Part shown: piece after piece, positions 58,552 to 64,000 of the stretch
How the letters are laid out: each line of letters begins with the position of its first letter
Position numbering within the stretch: position 1 is the stretch's first letter
Assembly: GCA_050949315.1 (NCBI GenBank)
Contig: JBMNFL010000001.1
Location: forward strand, 544,001-608,000
Source: Bacilli bacterium
GTDB lineage: Bacteria > Bacillota_I > Bacilli_A > RFN20 > UBA1709
Length of the DNA stretch: 64,000 bases
Direction: 5' to 3'
The notes under the pieces: model-generated
Told to the model about the DNA's origin: nothing
The model's database searches: none
Seen by the model: only the letters and a program-made list of their open reading frames with translations
Position numbers and translations under genes: made by a program

Positions 58552-59838
58552 CTACTCTTCTTCTTTAACTTCTTCTTTGACTTCTTTTTCTAGGCCTTTT
58601 TCTACTTTTTCTTCAACTTTTACTTCTTCAGCAGGTTTTTCTGCTTTTTTAACTTTTTTAACAACTTTTTCTGTTTTTTCTGTTTTTTCTGCTTTTTCTG
58701 CTTTTATTTCTTTTTCAACAGGTTCTTCTACTTTTTCCGCACTTACTTCAGCCTTAGGCTTTCTTGGAGCCCGAGGCTTTTTTGCTTTCTCGGTCGTTTT
58801 TTCTACTGATTTAACCTCAACTTCACTGCTTTCTTCAACTTCAGTTTCGCTGGGTTCATCTTGTCTAATTTCTGTTTTCCGAACTGGAGTAGTGCGTCTA
58901 CTTGCTCCAAAGCGCCGGGCCTGTTGTTGCTGCCTACGGGCAATGCTAGCCGCTCTACGTGCTTGCTGTTTTGCTTCTTCGGCCCGATCAGCATTAGCGA
59001 TAACATCCGTCATCGTGGCTTCTTCACCTTCATCTTTAGTATACGCAACAAGTGTTTGACCACCTTTAGCCTCAACAACGGCATCCGCTAAAACGCTGAC
59101 AATTAATTTGATAGATTTACTCGCATCATCGTTAGCTGGGATAATATAATCCACTAAATCAGGATCAGAATTGGTATCAACAATACCAAAAACAGGAATA
59201 CGCAATTTCCGGGCTTCATTAACCGCATTTAACTCAATGCGCGGATCAACAACAAAAACCGCCTGAGGTAATCTACGCATCTCTTTAATACCACCTAGGG
59301 TCTTTTCTAATTTTTCTTTCATCTTTAAAGTCTGGGCGACTTCTTTCTTTGGCAAGACATTGAAAGTTCCATCATTTTCCATGATTTCAATATCTTTTAA
59401 ATATTTAATCCGTTTTTGGATGGTTTTAAAGTTCGTCAAGGTTCCACCTAACCAACGGGTGGTAACATAGAAAGAACCTGAACGTAAAGCTTCTTCTTTG
59501 ATAATATCTTGGCTTTGTTTCTTGGTGCCAACAAAAATCACTTTGCCACCATCACTGACGATTTTCTTTAAAGCTTGATAAGCTTCGGTAATTTTTTCAA
59601 CCGTCTTTTCTAAATCAACAATATAGATGCCATTACGTGCCGTATAGATATAGGGCTTCATCTTAGGATTCCATCTTCTGGTCTGATGACCAAAATGAAC
59701 ACCGGCTTCCAACAACTTTTTCATCGTGATAATTGGAGCATCAGGGGCTGGTAAAAGTTCTTCCATTCCCTCCTGCTCTTCTTCTTCAAGCATCTCTTCC
59801 TCTTCTTCTTCAACTACAACTTTTTCTTCTTCACTCAT
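58552..59838 (-). CDS. rpsB: 30S ribosomal protein S2 with acidic N-terminal and long charged C-terminal extensions
   Basis: [34 protein letters not shown]; ATG 59838 after AAGGAGG. Confidence 0.97.
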   Translation of the reverse strand: MSEEEKVVVEEEEEEMLEEEEQEGMEELLPAPDAPIITMKKLLEAGVHFGHQTRRWNPKMKPYIYTARNGIYIVDLEKTVEKITEAYQALKKIVSDGGKVIFVGTKKQSQDIIKEEALRSGSFYVTTRWLGGTLTNFKTIQKRIKYLKDIEIMENDGTFNVLPKKEVAQTLKMKEKLEKTLGGIKEMRRLPQAVFVVDPRIELNAVNEARKLRIPVFGIVDTNSDPDLVDYIIPANDDASKSIKLIVSVLADAVVEAKGGQTLVAYTKDEGEEATMTDVIANADRAEEAKQQARRAASIARRQQQQARRFGASRRTTPVRKTEIRQDEPSETEVEESSEVEVKSVEKTTEKAKKPRAPRKPKAEVSAEKVEEPVEKEIKAEKAEKTEKTEKVVKKVKKAEKPAEEVKVEEKVEKGLEKEVKEEVKEEE

Positions 59839-59861
59839 CTTATGAGCCTCCTTTTTGTTTT

Positions 59862-59947
59862 TTTCCTCCACTGGTTCGAAACCTCTACACTAAGATTTGG
59901 CACCCTTGCCCATTAGCACAATTAGAAGAAATTCCCAGTGTGTGTGA
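59862..59947 (-). promoter_or_regulatory. rpsB leader (S2/t44-type RNA)
   Basis: ACACAC-ACTGG...GGTGC...CCAGTGGAGG architecture; promoter TTGAAA (59997-60002)-N17-TAAAAT (59974-59979). Confidence 0.7.
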
Positions 59948-60042
59948 TATTAGGCTTTTTATAAAGCCATGATATTTTAACATATAACCCGCTTCCTTTC
60001 AATCTTTTTTGCGAGATTGATAGAAGATTTCTTGGCTTTATT

Positions 60043-60447
60043 TTATTTGATTTCTTGCTCTTCCTTTCGTTTGCCACTACTATCAAAATTTTTCTTTAAG
60101 GCAAAATGGGTGGGAAAAATACTCAAAACAAGAATTAAAATCTGTATTCCAATGATAAGCCCACCAACGGTTCCTATAACCCCCTCACCTTCTTCCATAA
60201 AGAACAACATAGGAATAACTGAAGGTATCAAAATAATGATCCCCACCAATAGCCAAAGCTTGCTGAAATGTTTTTGAGCAAAAGCCCAAGTTTCTTTATT
60301 CTTCATTGATAGTAGGGTACGATAACCGATAAAGAAATTCCTTTGTTTAGGGGCATATTTTTTAAAGACTAAGCCGATGATAATCATCACTAATGGTGTC
60401 AATAAAACCATAACTAACATAAACCACCAAAAGCCCATAAATTTCAC
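60043..60447 (-). CDS. SdpI/YhfL family membrane protein
   Basis: N...GYRT..SMKN.ETW.FAQ; three TM segments. Confidence 0.88.
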   Translation of the reverse strand: MKFMGFWWFMLVMVLLTPLVMIIIGLVFKKYAPKQRNFFIGYRTLLSMKNKETWAFAQKHFSKLWLLVGIIILIPSVIPMLFFMEEGEGVIGTVGGLIIGIQILILVLSIFPTHFALKKNFDSSGKRKEEQEIK

Positions 60448-60578
60448 CCCCTTAATATATTAATATTAGCATATTAATACCACTTCTAACAGTATTAGAC
60501 CCAAAATTAAAAACCTCCTTTCGTCTTTGACTACTCGGAGGCTTTTTTAATTAATTATTATTTAAGCATTCAAATGTT

Positions 60579-61952
60579 TTATTCCATAAATCTTAATGCT
60601 TCTAAAACTTCAACTGTCAAATCTTTGAAACCATTTTCAACCTTATCTCCGGCCTCATTAAGTTTGGGTTCACACTTACCGGCAATAGCGATGAAGACTG
60701 AAACATCTTCGGTTACCCCAAAGTATGTTCTGTCCCCAAGGGTGTATTTCTTAAAGCCCTCAATGGCCTCGAATTTATCGACATCAACTTGGTAAGCCTC
60801 GCTGCCATCAGAATAGAAAGTTTCTAATTCTAATTCATCATTCCAAGCATTAACAGCTTCACTAGAAAGTACACGATAGACATATTCATGATCTAAGTTT
60901 ATATCTTTGTAGTGCTCGAAATTCATTGAACCATCTGCCAATCTCTCCCTAGTAAGATCGGTGAAATCGCGTTCATATGCTTCATACGCCGCTGTCAAAT
61001 TTCCTTCTTCATCAAATGTCGCAGAATAAGCTTGAATATGGAAATTTGTACGTTGCATGTATTTATCTGGGAAACTGTTGATAAGTTCTTGCTTTCCAGC
61101 ATAGGCCCCTTTAGTTCCATAAGTGAAAGTACCGCTTGCTTCATGCTCTTCTTCTACCTGCATGGTCTCAATTTTCGGTCTAGCGCCTGTAGTGGTTGAA
61201 GCCACATATGTAAAGCCTTCCATTCTTGCCGATTCAATACGATATACTTCACCAACTTTGGCAAATTTAACTTTTACAAAATATTCTTCATAAGTATGAT
61301 GATAAAGACCACCAGAAAAATCAACATCCCAGTCTGTGTCGCTATCTAAGATATATAAAATACCATCTTCACCTTCAACAACATCATAGCCGCCAAGCAT
61401 ATTCTTAATAAAATAGTCAAAGCCTGGACCACCAACAGAAAATTCAGGTGTTTCAGACAAATTGAAACTATAAAAGTAAGGTCCTTCATTCTCTTTCTCT
61501 TTCTCTACTTCATAACTCTTCCCATCCTTATGAACGGTGACTCCAAAACTTTCCATAGTATTAGTTTCTACCTTATCTAATGCAGTTTGTGTCACTGTCA
61601 TAGTTTCATGGGCCGTATAGTCATTGTCTACATAAGCAACACTGTCTTGACGCATAGTGGTTTCGGTTGTTTCGTCTTTGGAATTCATTACAAGTTCAAT
61701 GCGTTTTAATTCCTTACAACCCTCGCGAACCTTGAGCCAAAATTGTAATTTTTCTTTTTCATTAAGAACTTTTTTTACAGTAACTGGACCACCAGTTTCG
61801 CCACCGGGATCTTCAGTACTAGTAGAGGTGCCTGTTGTATCCGTTGTACTTGTTGTATCCGATGAACTTGTACTCTCTTTACCACAAGCTGTCGCCACTA
61901 AAAATACCGGCAAAATAATCAATATTAATAGTCTTAGAAATTTCTTTTTCAT
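60579..61952 (-). CDS. Hypothetical surface lipoprotein with Ser/Thr-rich linker
   Basis: MKKKF...VATACG lipobox; STSSSDTTSTTDTTGTSTST linker. Confidence 0.75.
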   Translation of the reverse strand: MKKKFLRLLILIILPVFLVATACGKESTSSSDTTSTTDTTGTSTSTEDPGGETGGPVTVKKVLNEKEKLQFWLKVREGCKELKRIELVMNSKDETTETTMRQDSVAYVDNDYTAHETMTVTQTALDKVETNTMESFGVTVHKDGKSYEVEKEKENEGPYFYSFNLSETPEFSVGGPGFDYFIKNMLGGYDVVEGEDGILYILDSDTDWDVDFSGGLYHHTYEEYFVKVKFAKVGEVYRIESARMEGFTYVASTTTGARPKIETMQVEEEHEASGTFTYGTKGAYAGKQELINSFPDKYMQRTNFHIQAYSATFDEEGNLTAAYEAYERDFTDLTRERLADGSMNFEHYKDINLDHEYVYRVLSSEAVNAWNDELELETFYSDGSEAYQVDVDKFEAIEGFKKYTLGDRTYFGVTEDVSVFIAIAGKCEPKLNEAGDKVENGFKDLTVEVLEALRFME

Positions 61953-62081
61953 TAGTGAATTTCCTCCTTTCACAATAGAATTTTGACTAATAATTACCTT
62001 AAAACTTCTTTTTTAATACCCTCACCTCCATTTTTATATTTTTTAAACTACAACAACTTTTTAACTGATTCTTCTAACATT

Positions 62082-62222
62082 TTAACTGTAATCCCTAAAA
62101 TAAAACCTGCAACCACAATTGGTAATGGTGGGCACAATTAAAAGAATCTTTCCTTGATATGTAGTTAAGGAAACATTGACTCCCTGGTTATCTTTGACTG
62201 TCAAATCATATAACTTCATCAT
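62082..62222 (-). pseudogene. Truncated glutathione peroxidase
   Basis: LYDLTVKD..G..VSL..YQGKILLIV.T.TNCG matches the Gpx N-terminus; ORF ends about 10 aa later. Confidence 0.75.
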
Positions 62223-62317
62223 GCATCCCCTAATTTTTACTGTTCGTTTTTGCTTATTCTGTCTACATTTTACCATTTATCAACTAAACATACTAGAGAA
62301 ATTTATTTTAACAAAAT

Positions 62318-62347
62318 AAAAAGGCTTGATATTGATACCTCAAGCCT
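62318..62347 (-). terminator. Terminator after TetR gene
   Basis: AGGCTTGA..TCAAGCCT stem plus T tract. Confidence 0.65.
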
Positions 62348-62368
62348 CTTGTATCCAATTTTTTAAAT

Positions 62369-62908
62369 TTAAAGTTGTTTCATAATAATTTCGACAATTT
62401 CTTCAGGTGTTTCCCGCTTATCCTTATTTAACCAAACTCGTAAAACCTGATAGGCTCCGTAAGTTATATAGTTATAGGCATACTCCGACTCCCGTTCCGA
62501 ATAATTTGGGCCTAACATTTTATAGATCTCTTTTTTCACCTGATCTGAACCCAAGATTTTCTCAGCAAAGACGGGGTCAACATTATTGTTGATAAGTAAA
62601 CGCGACAATTCAAGATTTTCTTCTAGATAACGGCAAATAGTCTGAAAAGCGCTTCTATTATGGCCATTGACTCTAGTAGATTTGGATAAAGCTTCCTCAA
62701 CTAAGGCCATCAAATCCACTTCCATCTCTTCAAGAAGATCAAATTGACTTCCATAGTACTTATAAAATGTTGAGCGATTAATTTCCGCCTTATCACACAA
62801 TTCACGAATAGAAATTTGATAAATCGTCTTGTTTTTTAATAATTCAATCAAGCTATCTTTAAGAATACGCTTAGTGATTCTCGTCCTCTGATTGATTTTT
62901 TTAGTCAT
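62369..62908 (-). CDS. TetR/AcrR family transcriptional regulator
   Basis: ISIRELCDKAEINRSTFYKYY HTH; divergent from the MMPL gene. Confidence 0.93.
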   Translation of the reverse strand: MTKKINQRTRITKRILKDSLIELLKNKTIYQISIRELCDKAEINRSTFYKYYGSQFDLLEEMEVDLMALVEEALSKSTRVNGHNRSAFQTICRYLEENLELSRLLINNNVDPVFAEKILGSDQVKKEIYKMLGPNYSERESEYAYNYITYGAYQVLRVWLNKDKRETPEEIVEIIMKQL

Positions 62909-63093
62909 ATCTTCACCCTCCAATCCAACAATCACAACGATTTTGTTGCAAAGCCGACATTTAATATTTAATTGCCTTTTTTAAAACTTTTTTTAAAAAT
63001 CAGTCGGTTGATAATGCAACACATGTCTATTATAATACGACCGAGCGCATTTATCAAGATACGCGATTCAAGAAAAAGAAAGAGGTTGATAAG

Positions 63094-64000
63094 ATGAAAA
63101 AATTTTCTAGTTTCGTCATTAATAAGCGCTATCCAATTCTCATTATTATCCTGATAATCACAGCCTTTTGTGCCTATTTGATACCTAAGGTGAAAGTTAA
63201 CAGTGATTTAAGCAAATACCTTGCTGATGATTCATCAATGAAAATGGGTATTGATATCATGGATGAGGAATTTAATGGAAGCAAAAATAATCGAACAATT
63301 CGAGTAATGTTCAAAGGTCTCAGCGCCGAAGAAAAAAATGAGATTCTGATTGAACTTAAAGATATTGAATATGTCGATCGTGTTAACTTTAAAGCCGATA
63401 GCCCCGACTACAACAAAGGGGAAAATACCTTATACATTATAAATACACCTTATGCCTATGGCTCGCCTGAAGAGTCTTCAATTGAAAAGTATTTGGAAGA
63501 AAACTTTACCGAATATAATATGCAATTCCAAAACGACAATATTTCTCAAACGGTTTTGCCTTTATGGATTTCTATTGTGGCGGTGGGGATTGTCCTTACG
63601 ATTCTTTTCATCATGTCTAAGTCCTGGTTTGAACCCTTCTTATTCATGTTTACTCTCGGTATTGCCATCACCATAAATATGGGAACCAATATTCTTATGG
63701 GGACCATTTCCGATGTTTCCCTTTCAATTGCCGGCATTCTCCAATTAGTTCTTTCCATGGACTATTCAATTATCCTTTTGTCGCGTTATCGACAAGAAAA
63801 AGAAAAGAATCCCGATAAATATGCCGCGATGAAAGAGGCCTTTAAATATGCCTTCCTTTCAATTATTGGCAGTTCAGTAACTACTATCGTCGGTCTATTA
63901 GCCCTAACCTTTATGAGTTTTAAGATTGGTGCCGATATCGGTATCGTTTTAGCCAAAGGCGTGCTCATCAGTATGCTGGCAGTCTTTACCATCCTACCCT
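63094..64000 (+). CDS. MMPL/RND family transporter (5' part, runs off window)
   Basis: Manual translation MKKFSSFVINKRYPILII...VNSDLSKYLADDS...LQLVLSMDYSIILLSRYRQE...SSVTTIVGL; GAGGT RBS. Confidence 0.9.
   Translation, partial: MKKFSSFVINKRYPILIIILIITAFCAYLIPKVKVNSDLSKYLADDSSMKMGIDIMDEEFNGSKNNRTIRVMFKGLSAEEKNEILIELKDIEYVDRVNFKADSPDYNKGENTLYIINTPYAYGSPEESSIEKYLEENFTEYNMQFQNDNISQTVLPLWISIVAVGIVLTILFIMSKSWFEPFLFMFTLGIAITINMGTNILMGTISDVSLSIAGILQLVLSMDYSIILLSRYRQEKEKNPDKYAAMKEAFKYAFLSIIGSSVTTIVGLLALTFMSFKIGADIGIVLAKGVLISMLAVFTILP

Noticed and set aside
58277-59059. 260-aa plus-strand ORF
   Set aside because: Antisense shadow of the low-complexity rpsB tail and tsf; Ser/Phe-rich, no RBS
63452-63992. 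Short ORFs listed near the right end
   Set aside because: Alternate-frame or antisense shadows of the MMPL gene starting at 63094
1-64000. CRISPR array, rRNA, prophage, integron attC array, TGA=Trp recoding
   Set aside because: No regularly spaced repeats, rRNA signatures or phage structural genes seen by eye; core genes such as rpmB and rplS end in TGA

Overview
AT-rich chromosomal segment from a reduced-genome Bacilli/Mollicutes-like bacterium using genetic code 11 (TGA is a stop). An RF39/RFN20/Acholeplasma-like lineage is inferred, not proven. Almost all genes are on the minus strand. Conserved blocks: rpsB-tsf-pyrH-frr-cdsA-dxr-rseP-polC; rpmB/asp23-fakA-recG-plsX-rnc-ftsY-ylxM-ffh-rpsP-khpA-rimM-trmD-rplS-lepB; and rbgA-rnhB-dprA-topA-trmFO-xerC. 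There is also a metal/Fe-S cluster (IscU-like, GGGtGRT, feoAB, putative Mn transporter, CDF), a DUF1538/P-II module and a CIRCE-controlled hsp20. Five tRNAs (His, Gly, Asp, Glu, Ser) border accessory islets. The islet at ~35.0-41.2 kb holds an HTH-Fic gene, a DUF262-HNH nuclease, a decayed serine resolvase and a tiny His-Me-like protein. It also holds an EcoRI-family adenine methyltransferase split by a 1120-bp TGT...ACA insertion sequence with a 25-bp target-site duplication. The islet at ~43.5-48.4 kb holds a degenerate Fic, a large UvrD helicase with an inserted PD-(D/E)xK-like domain, and an orphan ~130-nt structured RNA candidate with its own promoter and terminator. No CRISPR array, rRNA or prophage was seen.
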